DNA of 62,106 nucleotides, the filler included, from Sphacelaria rigidula (lineage: Eukaryota): NCBI GenBank assembly GCA_964200075.2. It is 11 parts of 11 records of this genome, joined end to end, with 100 filler letters (N's around TTAATTAATTAA, not from the genome) between each part and the next. Parts side by side here need not be neighbours in the genome. Positions count along the whole stretch, not along the records: positions 33,932 to 39,486 come from CAXNAA020026367.1; positions 39,587 to 45,141 come from CAXNAA020026368.1; positions 45,242 to 50,796 come from CAXNAA020026369.1; 8 more parts are not named here. One strand, 5' to 3'. The notes under the pieces are model-generated. The model was given only the letters and a program-made list of their open reading frames with translations. It was not told where the DNA came from and did not search any database. Shown in pieces: positions 37,261 through 49,800 of the stretch (positions within the stretch are counted from its first letter, which is position 1; each line of letters starts with the position of its first letter). Position numbers and translations under genes: made by a program.

Positions 37261-39486
37261 CCCCCCCCCTCCTGCCGTAGCATGACTTCAGGGTATTTCC
37301 ACCGTACTCACACGACCCTACCATGAAGCTCAAGATGAAGAACGACAATTACTAAAACGGTAATTCTAGACTGCCCCGGAAGGACCGACCGCGACAATGA
37401 GTAATGTCAAGCGTTGTTAGCACTCGCAGTTGCCAGGAAGACGCTCGTTGTGATAATCGCCGTTCTCTTCGCTTTGGCATCGTTCTGCCTGACCTGCTCC
37501 CATGGGCGCTTCGTTCTTCCACGTGACAACACACAGATCCTGCCGCGTAAGCGAGGATCGCTCCCTGACCAATGCTACGGTATCAGGTTATCATAGACGA
37601 TACCCATGAGGAGCTACAATCAGAGATCATCACACTCGGGCATTTATTCACGTAGTATATCACCAAACATTTATTGTGAGGACACCGCAGAATGCTGATC
37701 ACTGCATGTGTACACCATTCTTCACCTCTCCGCAACTCGTACCCAGTGTGCTTCCCCTCTTCTCCGTCGCGATCCACGACCTCCTCCACAGAAACCGAAA
37801 CAGAATCGGTCGAATTGTGTTTGTGATAAGCTGCACTCGGGCCGCTGAACGTCGCCGCAGCTACGGCTAGGATACTCGCATATGAGAACATGCTGCCGCC
37901 AAACCACCTCATCGCGCATTTCCTGCACGGTGAGTACTGTAATGACGGCCCGGCGCCCCAGGACCTGACGGTCGCCACTTGCACAAAAGCCCTGCCTGTT
38001 TTCAAGTGCATCTATATTAACGGGTAATCGTGCTGCACACCTCCAGCGTGCTCAGGTCGAAAACTATCAATAACACTCAGTGGGTTGCCGCGAGCAATGC
38101 TCCCGACCTACGTTTTCCCTTCGTGATGCAACCCGAGGCCTGAATGTTGCGCTTTCCGACGATATAGTCTTCATAGTTGTGTTTAAATACTGTACTGTAC
38201 TGTCTTTATCGGCTTTTGTAGCAAATTGCGGTACAACTTGTGACGGTTCAAAAGAATCATAAAACATGCACCCGCTTCATTCTCCATTTTTGTATAGGGC
38301 ACTTTCACGCCATTCCAGGCCACCTTTGTTTATATTATTTCAGAGCCCAATACATCGGAGGAATCATTGAGCCTAAAATTGGCAGGCATCACATTACTCG
38401 TATGTAAAATTGGGCGGGGGGTGCATGGTAGCGCAGGGGGGCGAGAATGTAGCAGTCCTCCCGACGGCGGGTGTTTTCTTCCGTGAATTCAGGGGTGGTA
38501 TCCACCGTTTTGGTCTATAACGTGCGAGTAGCAATACGTTTGGAGAAAGTGGAACTTTTGTGGGACACTCTGGATATTCTTTTCTGAAAATGAATAGGAC
38601 AATGGCCTCGAAAAGGTACACCTTATCGTTTTTTGTCCAAGAAAGGTACGAAAAATGGCCAGAGACGCGAAAACAGCCACACACACGCCATTTTGACCGT
38701 TTTCGCTCCGAATACATAGAGCCACCTTATTCGGGGGGGGCATTGGCACCTGGAACTGAAAGAAACGGGGGGGAAGCATGTTTCTCGAGAAATATGGCCA
38801 CGCGAAAACGGACGTCTCGTCTCCAGAAACCGCTTACCTTTTCTAGGCCAAATTTCAACAAGGTATACCTGATCTAGGAATTCTTTTTCAATCGTACCTT
38901 ATCTGGGCCACCGATCGGGCGAGAGCGTACCTTCGCTAGGCCATCGCTCTCTACACTGTACCTGATGCGGCACATCGCGCGCAAGGAAGTCTACTCGCCA
39001 ACTCCAACCATGGCGCCCACACATTCGTCTTCTTTCCCGCTGATTTGCCGTTCACGGACGGCACAACGACCACGCCCCTTTCTCGCCGGAAATGGTTCTT
39101 CGAGACTTTGAGTTGTGCGACACAGTACGTGGACGCCACAACTCACAACGGCACGATAGCTGGACCACATCCCTTGTCCCAGTGAAATTGATGGCGATTC
39201 CGCAGGTGACCTACCCTCGCGGTCAAATAAGGGTTAGCGAGCCTCGTTCCGCGAGTGTTTTCGTCGGGTGCACGTTACTCTGCACTGTAGTGCTGAAGGC
39301 TATATTAATGATCTGTCCCTATCTCTCTATGCATGACTACCACTACTGTATCCGTTGCTTGAACCAACCCTCGATTATGCGGCAACCGCCCGTTGGTGAC
39401 GGAATAGCTTTAAACAGCCGATCCTAATTTTTGGGGTTGAAACAAAATATGAGGTTGAAGTCCCATCCCTTCATTGCAGGGAAGAT

Positions 39487-39586
39487 NNNNNNNNNNNNNN
39501 NNNNNNNNNNNNNNNNNNNNNNNNNNNNNNTTAATTAATTAANNNNNNNNNNNNNNNNNNNNNNNNNNNNNNNNNNNNNNNNNNNN
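39487..39586. other. Artificial contig-joining spacer
   Basis: Same 100-nt linker. Confidence 0.98.
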
Positions 39587-42490
39587 GTTTTAGGCTTGAG
39601 CCTCATCTCGAAGTTAAACCTCAATTCTCACAATTTGTTGTTTATACCATCAAGCACCTTCCAGGCAAAACCAACGGAAACACTGATCTTCTTTCTCGCC
39701 TATCTCTGCCGTCTACGGCCGCAGATTCCAGCCCGGCTTGCCGTTTAACGGAACCCGATGAACCTGAAATTTACGCGATTAGACGTTTTTCAACGGCCGT
39801 TTACGCCCTTGACCTCCAGCGCCCAGAAACTGGTATGCATATGGGAGGACCTCGCCCTCTACCATATGACGCCGTCTTGGGTGGGTTCGCGCCCACTACC
39901 TCCGATTTTGTCGATTTCCGCGCTTCCGGTACTCGCGCCAAGCTCTTCATGGAGACACCTTCGGCCACCCACCTAGTCTCCGACAACACGCGCCCCCGGT
40001 CTGCCGCCCGCACCACCACGAGTGCCCCGCCGCCACCGACAACACCTGCAAATTCCACGAGCCACGCAACACAGATCCCATGGACCAGCACGCAACGCTT
40101 CTCGAACACGCTTGCAACGTGCACTACGCGCCGCGGACAATCTTTGCCGCGCACTACTACAGCCCCGCCGCCTATAAAGGCGCCACCAACATCTACCACT
40201 CCTGAGGATGGAGCTGACGATGTAGCTCCTGCTCCCGGGGCAGATATTGACGTCGGCACTCCTGTCCCGTCGCCTATTCCCCCGCTCCCTACCCCACCAT
40301 GTTTGGTCGTTTCGCCAGCGGAAGGTCAACTACGCGAGTTTCTCGCCAGCTACTCTCACCGCGATTGGGCTCGCGAACAAAACGCGGAACCGCTATGTCG
40401 CGCAGCCATCCGGTACTTACAACTCGACTACCCAGTCTCTTTTCCATCCGCCCTTCTGGTTCCAGTTGTCACACTGCCACCACCAGGTATTTCTGACGTA
40501 TACGAGCTCGTGCATAAAGGCACTCTTTTCACTACGGATGAATGTGTACAACTACTCGTGCGTCGCGCCACGCCCTTGACAGGCGCAATTTCCGTCTCAA
40601 CCACGGGACGCCACGCACGACTACTCGGTGACGAACCAACGTGCACTTATGTCCCATTATTAATGCGCCCCTGGGTCATAAAAGGCTGTCACACAGACTT
40701 CTTGTCATGTCACCTTGGCGTCACCCGCACCCTAGCACTCTTGGAACGCTTCTACTGGTGGGTTGCCATGGAAATTTCCACCCGCTTCTGGACTCGGCGA
40801 TGCTTCAAATGCCAAGCCCGAAAGACTTCACGGCAGACAGTACGCTGTCCCGCCATCTCTATGGCACTCCCCAACGAGCCAGGCCACCTTGTGCCCTTTG
40901 ACGACGACTTGGCCCTCGACCCACCACAAGTCGCGGCAACACCTACATCTTACTCTTCACTGACCGCTTCAGCCGCCACGCCTTCATGTACGCGGTGACC
41001 GCCGCAGATTTCACTGCCGCCACAACGGCCGACATATTGGTCCACGACTACATTAAGCACTACGGTTGCCCAAAGCGACTCCTTTCAGACAATGGTCAGC
41101 AATTTTGCTCACATCTCTCTAATAAGCTTTACAAGCTCCTCGGCATCCGCCAAACTGCCACGAGCGCCTACCACCCGAACGGTAACGATGGTACCGAAAG
41201 AGTTAACCACACCATGGCCCAGATGCTCTCTATGGTTGTCAATGACCGCCAAAATGACTGGGACCTACATATCTCGCACATCATGTTGTCCTACAACAAC
41301 TCGGTCAACGCTGCCACAGGCCTTCCTCCGAACGAACTCCATCTTGGACGTTACCCTCGGCGGCCCATCACCGTGTTGAGTGACACACATTCGACGGCCA
41401 CCGAGGATTGGATCAGGATCAGATCTCCTACCACGGGCTAGCGCATGTACGATAACGCAAAGCGTTTACCCTCGTGTGAGAACAACACGCTATCAACGCC
41501 TGGCGCCTAGAGAGATCTAACACTGCTCTCTACCACCTCATACACAAACGCCCCAACCGGAAAGTTGGTGATTAGGTTTGGATCTTCGACAGTTTGTCGA
41601 CCATCCGCCAAGGCACCAGCAAGGCAGCCAACGAAATAATTTTGAAGACAAAATTGTCCCTCAATTGGACAGGGCAATCCAAGACCCGGACAGTCGGACC
41701 ATCGCCATCATCACTGGATGATAAACCCGTTGGTGACAAACTGCTTTATCTCGACTTGTCTCGCGACTTTCAGGGCAAAGACACCAAACCCCGCGTTTCC
41801 GTGCACAGATGCAAACCCTGTACGAACCCGCATGATACAAGCGACATGCCCAAGTACCTGCCTGCCGGATTAACGCAGTATGTTCTCAACAGCTACTCGA
41901 CCAAGTCCCCGCCCTACCACGTTACAACCGGCGACGTGACGGAACAGCCCCTCCGATTGATCATGTCCTCCATCTCCGGCCACCAGGTAAACCGTGACCG
42001 AGGTGCAAAACTCCCTGTCATGTATAAGACACAATGGCACGGTCTCCGGAGAGCGTCTTGGGAACGCGAATCCGACCTTCAATTGCACCGCCGTGCAATC
42101 CTCCTGTACTGGACGCAATCCCAACATCAGCATCTTGCTCGCAACAAGAAATATCGCAACATGCGTCGTGGCGCAGCAGCCCGCGAACTTCACCGCGATC
42201 AGGGACTACGCTTCGTCGCCGATGGTTACGAACTTGTACCCACCAAGACGTGTAAGACGAAGTTCCTCGCAAACCATCAAATACTGCCCAAGGGCAGCTA
42301 CCTTTGGTTTAAAGGCAGCGACACCCTCTGGCGGTTGGGACAGACCCACTCCGCTAACCTGGTTTCGGCCGACACATACATCGTGCGCTTCATCGATGAC
42401 CCTGGACCCATACAGCTCAAGCTCCGGCTAGCACTACACACCATCAGCCCATCTGCACCACGCGGACCCTGGTGCCTCCAGCGCCTTTAG
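39587..42490 (+). mobile_element. Degenerate Gypsy-type pol 3' half: RNase H end, Pro/Thr-rich linker, integrase, chromo-like domain and C-terminal extension
   Basis: HLPGKTNGNTDLLSRL; CHLGVTRTL...YWW...CFKCQARK; LLSDNGQQF...SAYHPNGNDGTERVN; KLSLNWTG; YKTQWHGLRRASWERESDL; frameshifts and stops between ORFs. Confidence 0.9.
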
Positions 42491-42699
42491 TCCAAAGGAC
42501 TCCGCCACGGTCTCCAGCGCAACATCGACCACACCCACGACGTCCATGCCCCGCTTTGAATCACGCTCCTTCGTCGCAACTATTGCCCCCCCCACCTTTT
42601 CTGTGGTCCGTCTCGAAAGGGATGCGTGGTCAATGGTCACACGACTAAGGCAAGCAACAAATGAGTACGCCCCCCACCCCCCCCCCCCCTTTCTGTAGC

Positions 42700-43760
42700 A
42701 TTGTTTGCCCTCCCTTCTCCACTAGGATCCTCTTCTACATCACAACAGGGTGACCTACATCGAACGACGATCGAAGAATTACTGAAGACAACCACCAGCT
42801 ACGACTGCTGGAGCTATAGTATCCCCTTTCGGCTGCCGCTCGACCTCGTTGAACCACCGATTTCCAGATTTCTGATCTTGCAGTTTTGCGCCTTTGGATT
42901 CTCCCAGGTTGAAGCTCTGTTCCCTGTTGTACCTTTGGATTCCCCCAGGTTGAAGCCCTGCTTCCTGTTGTACCTGTTTTCCCCCTTCGTTTTGCTAGGA
43001 CGCCGAGGCAATTTGTGCTTCTTCGTTGATCGCTAGCACGCAGAAGCAGTTTGTGCTTCCGTGTTTCGGAACAGATTTTCTACTCCTCGAAGCAGTCTAT
43101 GCATTCTTCTTTGAGGTGTGGTAGTGGGTACGGGAGTGCTGGGTACGGGAGTGTTTTCTTAGGTATGCTTTATTAGCCGTTCATGACTTCACAGGTAAAG
43201 GTAAACCTCAGTTTTCGCTGCTTTGAGAATAGGTCCTCGCAGCTGTAGTAAAGGTTCGTCTGGGTGGGTTAGTGTCATGAGGACGCATATTAGTCTGTTA
43301 TGATGCCGCCTCAGACCCGTTGATGAGTCCGGTTTTATATTTGCAATTAAGGTATCCTAAGACCCAAGACAGCGGGTCTGTTCAGATTTGGTCAGGTACG
43401 AGTATGAACTTGTATATGACAGAAATGGTGACGGCTTGATTTGATACCATACAAATCAAGCCCCACCCATCGCACTACCAAACACTACCATCTACTGCCC
43501 TCTCTCGGCAAGAAATCTATCACTGGTGAGACTGATATACTGAGCGTGAGATTGGATTGATTGAGTGGATACTGGAAGGTCGAGACCAAGCAATAAAGAA
43601 GGAAGATACAACTTACGCGTGAGATACTGATTTAGTTGAACGCGTCTGTGTGACACGGTGCTTTGTTCTTTGGCCTGGCCGTTTAGTCTCGAGGACTGAC
43701 CCCCTTGCCTTGCCTAGTGAGCCTGTGCTTGCCATAACAGCACCGTAACCTCACTACACA
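42700..43760. mobile_element. Probable LTR-derived non-coding remnant
   Basis: tgttatg...cataaca bounded segment ~43297-43739; similarity of ~43550-43620 to ~17030-17100; short internal tandem repeats. Confidence 0.4.
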
Positions 43761-45085
43761 TGAAGTACCTGCTGAATCTTTCGGACCGACCCTAGCACCT
43801 ACTATTTCGTGAATGGAAGTAATTAATCTTTTTCGTTATGAATGTACTCCGCGGTATGTTTTACACATAGTTTAAATATATTTAGGTAAATCCGTGCAAT
43901 CAATACACACAAACATGATAGTGAATACATTACAAGCCATGACAACGAATATTGCGGAGAAAATTTGTAGAAGATGTGAAGAAAGACCAATACTGCAAGG
44001 CGAAAATGGATAGGCTCCTTTAACAGTCATTCTGTACTGTACTGCCTGTGCTGTAAGTTGTTTCAAGTCTTTTCACACCCTTGTGAATATCGACAGTGCG
44101 GGCAGTCTGTGCTGTCTGTACTGTACGTTGTTCAAACATCTGTTGTTACAGAGCATGATTGCACATCTCGTGGAACTGCCATCCCAAATATCGCACCGAA
44201 ACGAGGCCCGGCGCTCGAACGGTTAATACCGGGCCGGGATGGTTTGTACTTTAATTCACATCCCGACTTAAGCTCTTGATTTCAATTCTTTGAGGAGTAG
44301 CACCGGGTCGGAGTAGCACTTGAATTTTTGCAACGTCTCCACCATACCTAATACCGCGAGCGACCCCCCCGCACCCCCTCATCACTCCGTCTCGAAAGGG
44401 ATGATGGGTGGTCAACGATGATACGCATCAAAGACCCGGGAAAATTCCCGACGATTTTCCTTATACTTGTCGCAGAAAAGCTCCGATCGCCCTCAAGCTC
44501 TGTAGTTGCGTAGGTAGTTGTGCTACAAGTATAAAGCAACGTCTGTTTACAATATTCCAAAGCTTCTCTGCGCTTTATGGGCTTCTGGGGGTCCCCGCGT
44601 GAAGATCCCCGGAGGCCGGCACAGAACGCGCCTCAAGATAAAGAGAATGAAATTTTGCGTCCTCGAGTAAGCCGAGTAACATACTTCCTCTGTGCTATAC
44701 GTAAAGTCCGTTATGACTACACGGGTCCTTGACGGTGTGATATTTGATTTTCGATCTTTTCATTGCATTCGTAGGCGTTTTTTTTAGCTAAAACCAACAT
44801 TTTTTCTACGACGTGGGTGCTTGATCCATGCATCCGCGCGGCCGAGAAAAAGTAGGTTGGTCCAAAAACGGCCATTTTTCGCTCGTTTTCCCAGGAAAGC
44901 ATGAGAGACCTGGGAACGCGAAAAATCACGAAAAATGGGCCACAAAATGTGAAAATCGAAAAACCACCCTTGATTTTGGACATGTCCGAGATTTGAATTT
45001 ACGCATGCCCCATCCAACATTTTGTTAGCGTGTAATTGCTAGTACTCGATGTGAAAACGTCCAAAATCGACCAATGATGGGGGTT

Positions 45086-45141
45086 GTGACGCTAGCAGGT
45101 CTGCTAGTACACCAGCGTCTAAATGCTGTTGAGGGACTCCC
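45086..45141. mobile_element. LTR end of the same family as 28581-28834, cut by the contig end
   Basis: tgtgacgctagcaggtctgctagtacaccagcgtctaaatgctgttgagggactccc. Confidence 0.8.
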
Positions 45142-45241
45142 NNNNNNNNNNNNNNNNNNNNNNNNNNNNNNNNNNNNNNNNNNNNTTAATTAATTAANNN
45201 NNNNNNNNNNNNNNNNNNNNNNNNNNNNNNNNNNNNNNNNN
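45142..45241. other. Artificial contig-joining spacer
   Basis: Same 100-nt linker. Confidence 0.98.
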
Positions 45242-45699
45242 TAGGAACGGTGCTCCGTCTCGAAAGGGATGCGTGGTCAATGGTCACACGACTAAGGCAA
45301 GCAACAAATGAGTACGTCCCCTATGCAAAGCTTTACGAGGTCATGAACCGGGAAGTCGATCACGGTCCGTGGTTGCTCTCTCCTTGATCTTTACGTAAAG
45401 CTTCACGGGTGAATGAACCGGGAAGTCGATCACGTACTTCAACACCCCCTCCCACCTCAGTCACGGACGGCTTCGGCACGCACAAGCGAAGACAAAGGAG
45501 AAAGCAGCAACGAAGCTGAACCTTCTTGAGGGTGTTTAAAATGATCCAGAGAGCCGGTTGCTGCGTGCGATGCCTCCAACCTCCGAAAGTGCCTCGTTCG
45601 AAGTTGCGACAGTCAAGTCTGAGAAGTTCGATCAAGACTTGCTCTGGTCAAAAGGGATCGAAATGGGGGTATACTCGTGTGCGCCTCGAGACAGCAGCG

Positions 45700-48600
45700 A
45701 AACACAACGCCATGAGCACCAATGAAGCTGAAACTTGTTGAGGGCGTCTCGATTTATGTTCGAAGAGCGATGGGATGGGTTTTTCGCGCAGCGCGGCTTC
45801 GAATCAATTCGGGAAGAAGAAAAGGTTCGTGGTTCGGAGCTTCATCATGGGGCCCGGACGGACAGACGAACGGACGGACGCTTTTTAAATTTCGGTTCAG
45901 CAAAAGCCTTTTCAGCCCTAAGGGCCTCAAAGGAACTTTCGCAGCCGACAGCAAACTGGTCACCACGAACACTTTCAGCACGTGTAAATGTGGAATATCG
46001 CACACATACAACGGTGTCGCAGGGAACCGCGTGAGTGACTTCAAGCGCATAGACTACTGTACATACCCACCCGCCAGGCACACCGAGGTGAAGTGCTCAA
46101 CGTGGTCGTACACCCCCGGGCCGCACCTCCGGCCAGAGAGCTGGCTCGGATCACAACATGGTGGTCGCGACTGACGACCTCGGCGGCCGCCTCGCCCACA
46201 TCCGTACCGTGCGAACTAAATCGAAGCCGCGGTAATTCAGTAGACAGTAGGTGCAGATCGAAACTGCATGGCAGGATGCGATCGAGAGGTTCCTACACAA
46301 GCTCGGGGAGCGAGCACCCCAGCCATCCACCACCACACCGGCGGCCGCGAAGGAGTTCACCGAAGCTACCCTCGAAGCAGCATATACAGTACCCCCGGTA
46401 GAGACACACGCAAACTACGTATGCCGAAATGGTGTGAAAGTCCCGACACGAGAGCAATAGTAGAAGCAGCGCTTGCCCATCGACGGGACGCACGCCGGCT
46501 GAGAAAGGACAACTGGACCCTAGCAATGTGGAAAGCACCCAGAGCTGCGTGTAAGGGAGTACGTACTGTGATAGACGACGGCGTCCATGCGCACCTGGAG
46601 AGGTATGTGGCAGGGCTAGAAACGATCTACAAGGATCGTAACATGCGAAGTCTATACAAACACCTCAAGAGATCGATGGGTCTTGACGGGAGGGGGTTAG
46701 CAGTTCTGTAACGGGTCTGAAGGCAAAGATGTTGCGTATGTTGAGTACTAGAAAGGCTTCTACGTGATAGCTGCCTAGGGGCACAGATACTTGGTTACCC
46801 GTGCTATAACGTGTACCACACAGTACCTGTGAAGTGTTTGACTCATGCAAAGCAGATCCTTGACCTGTGGAGCTCACTAGAGCTATAGCCAGCTGGTGCT
46901 CAGTGATGAGGTAGTAGTAGCAGTATGAGACAAATCCCGAGATCGTAGAGTCGTTGTATCTTGTTTTGATTGCTGATGCTAGTGCCTAAAGTCTCGACTG
47001 GAATGGAAGTCTAGAGGAGGAAGTGCGGCCGTGGTCTTACTGGCATCCAGTGCTTAAACTGAAACACGACACATCCCTCATCCTAGAAGTTGGAGGAAGA
47101 CGCCATGCTTCGTTGGGACCGGACTGGTCCATAACACCCCACCTAACCTTTGAAGCGATCCTCACGGATCGATATACTAGCACACGACACGAAACGAAAG
47201 TGAAAACGAAGACTGCCGATGGATCAAAACCCGCATAGCGGGAAAAAAATCACCACCCCGAAAAAAACGCGGAGAGTGACCAAGAGCGGCCAGGATAACA
47301 CCTCAAACTTGGGAAACCCGGCGACGGGACAAACACCCCAAAATCTAACGAAAACCTCAAGGTTGGGGAAACCCGGCGACAGGACAAGAACTTCCAAAAT
47401 TAAAGAAGGCCTCGAACTTGGGGAAACCGAGTTCGATTCTCGGATTGGTCACCACGTAATGCGTCTAACAGACGAAGATGCTGCATATGTTGAGTAAGCA
47501 AGGCTACTAGTGTTGCTGTCTGGGGGAATTGGTACCTAGTTCTGCGCGCTATACGGCGTGCCACGCAGTACCTGTGAGGTGTTTGACTTATTTCAGGTAG
47601 ACCCTTGACCGGAGAAGCGCAGAACTATAGTCAGCTGGTGCTCAGTGATGAGGTGGTAATAGTAGAATGAGACAAGTCCCGACATTACCAAGTTTCGTTG
47701 TGTCTTGTATTAATTGCTGATGCTAGTGCCTAAGGCTTAGACTGGAAGGGAAGTCTGGAAGAGGAAGTGATATCATAGGCTTGCCGACATCTGGTGCTCA
47801 AAACTGGAACACGACACATCCCTGATCCTAGAACTTGGAGGAAGACATCATGCTGCGTTGGAATCGGATCGATCCGTGACAGTTCATCAAGGATGAGAAC
47901 GGGGTTCTACTGAGGAATGCAATCGAGGTTCTGAGACATTGCGCGAGGTTTACCCAAACCCTACTCAACACCAAATTGCCCACGCTGAACCCAGCCATCA
48001 TCGAGGAGGTGAAGCAGCGACCGGCAGAACCACCGACCGGGGATTCGGTACCGCTTGGATCAGCACCAACGCTGGAGGAGAGAGACCATACGAGTAGTCC
48101 GGGGGATGCAAATTGAAACTGGAAAGCACCGGGACACGACTACTGTCCTCCAGAAGTACTCAAGATCAACGCTTTCGCCGAGCCTTTTGTTCTCGAACGC
48201 TTCCATGCCACCCTCGTCGAGGTGTGGAACGGAGGTGAAGTCCTGCAGGAGTGTAGAGATGATACGATAAAAGCGCTTTACAAGAAATCGGACTGCTCTA
48301 AATGCAACAACTGCAGGAAAACCTCACTAGTCTCGCTCGCAGGTAAAGTGTTTCTAAAGATAGTGGCCAACCATCTCAGCGACTACTGCGGCTGCCGACC
48401 TGATCGATCCACCGCCGACATGCTGTTTGTAGGGCGGCGACTCCAGGAACTGGGATGACGGCGGACAGTACCCCTGTGCTTCATCGAAATCCAAAAGGTC
48501 TATGATTCGGTCGACCGAGAGCTTCTGTGGCAGGTACTGGCCCGAGCTGGTACTCCGGGTGAGATGATAGCAGTTATCCGCCAGTTACACGGCGGCATGC

Positions 48601-49800
48601 CGGGCCGCGTACGCATGGACGACGGGGGCTCTCAGAGTGGTTCCAGGCATCTCAGGGACTTCGACAAGGGTGTGTGCTGTCTCTGCTGCTGTTCAATATT
48701 GGTTTTTCTGCGGCGCTCGACATAGTTCTCGTGCGATTTAGTGAGGACGACATCATCCTCACATGGGTAGGATATGGCATACCTCGACGAGGAGACGGGG
48801 ATGGGACGGTGACACCTCTGAAACGCGTACGGTGAGCGGTGTGTGGCAGTCTATATACCGACGACGCGGCCGTCGTCTCGAGATCCCCCGACGGCTTGGC
48901 GAGGAGGATGACCGCTCTAGTGCACGTGTTTGGGGCCTTTGGACTGAAGGTGAAGGAGAAGACATATTATGCTATCCTGATGCGAGTACCGTAAAATCAC
49001 CACAGAAGGGAGACCCACCAACACCACCTCCCTCGCACTGGTTGGTCATCGAAGCAGGGGGCCAGAAGTACGCGCAGACCACGAAATTCAGATACTTGAG
49101 CGGGCTCGTCAACGGCGATGGTGAGGTCACACAAGAAATCAACAACCAGAGCAGGGTAGCGTGGGCGTGCAGCAGGAAGTTCTCCCGGGAGCTCTTTGAC
49201 CGACCGAAAGCACCGTGGAGGCTCAAGGCCCGACCGCTGAAGGCGAAGGCGATCGAGACCCTGCTGTACGGATGCATGAGGGGCCCTGCGCCGCGGGCAC
49301 TACCGGTTACCGAGGACGGTACACTACCAGCTCCTTATGCGAGTTATGGGGTACCAGCGCGTACGTGGCACATACCAACAGTTTTCGTACGCCCAGGTCC
49401 TCAAGAAGACTGAATGCCAAAGTGAAAGAGCCATCGTCCGCCAGCGGCGACTGCTGTTCGCGGGAGCCCTGGCTAGGTAACCGGACGCTACCGCAGCGAC
49501 AGGCATTCGGAACACTCGTGGGGGGGGGAAGATCCAGTACAGGGGTGCCCGGAGCAAAACTTGCTGAAGTGCCTGAGGGACGATCTTCAAGCTTTCGGAG
49601 CCACGAACGACTCCACGGACGACAACCAACAGATATTCGGAGTTGAACGTGTCCTTTGGCCCTCAGCAGCGAAGAAGGTAGGGGGGATACCGTGGCACGC
49701 AGGGGTGCTGCAGGGGGCAAAGAGATTCATTGCCTATTTGTACAAGAACGGGGGGGAGGGCAGCCGAATACGTGCGATTAAAAGGGATCTTTGAGGGGAG
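45700..49800 (+). mobile_element. Degenerate RTE-like LINE (endonuclease + reverse transcriptase), interrupted by an LTR element
   Basis: RIDY and SDHN endonuclease motifs; IKALYKK...SLVSLAGKVFLKIV; RPDRSTADMLF..RRLQELG; QKVYDSVDR; GLRQGCVLS..LFN; YTDD; FRYLSG; many lesions. Confidence 0.88.
46707..47881 (-). mobile_element. Complete non-autonomous LTR element (TRIM-like)
   Basis: LTRs 47455-47881 and 46707-47136 (TG...CA, visibly diverged); 4-bp TSD gttc (46703-46706, 47882-47885); tRNA-complementary PBS 47427-47454; PPT aggtgggg next to 47136; 318-bp non-coding interior. Confidence 0.9.

Noticed and set aside
47427..47454. tRNA gene
   Set aside because: Only the T arm and 3' acceptor strand with encoded CCA are present, adjoining an LTR, so it is a PBS
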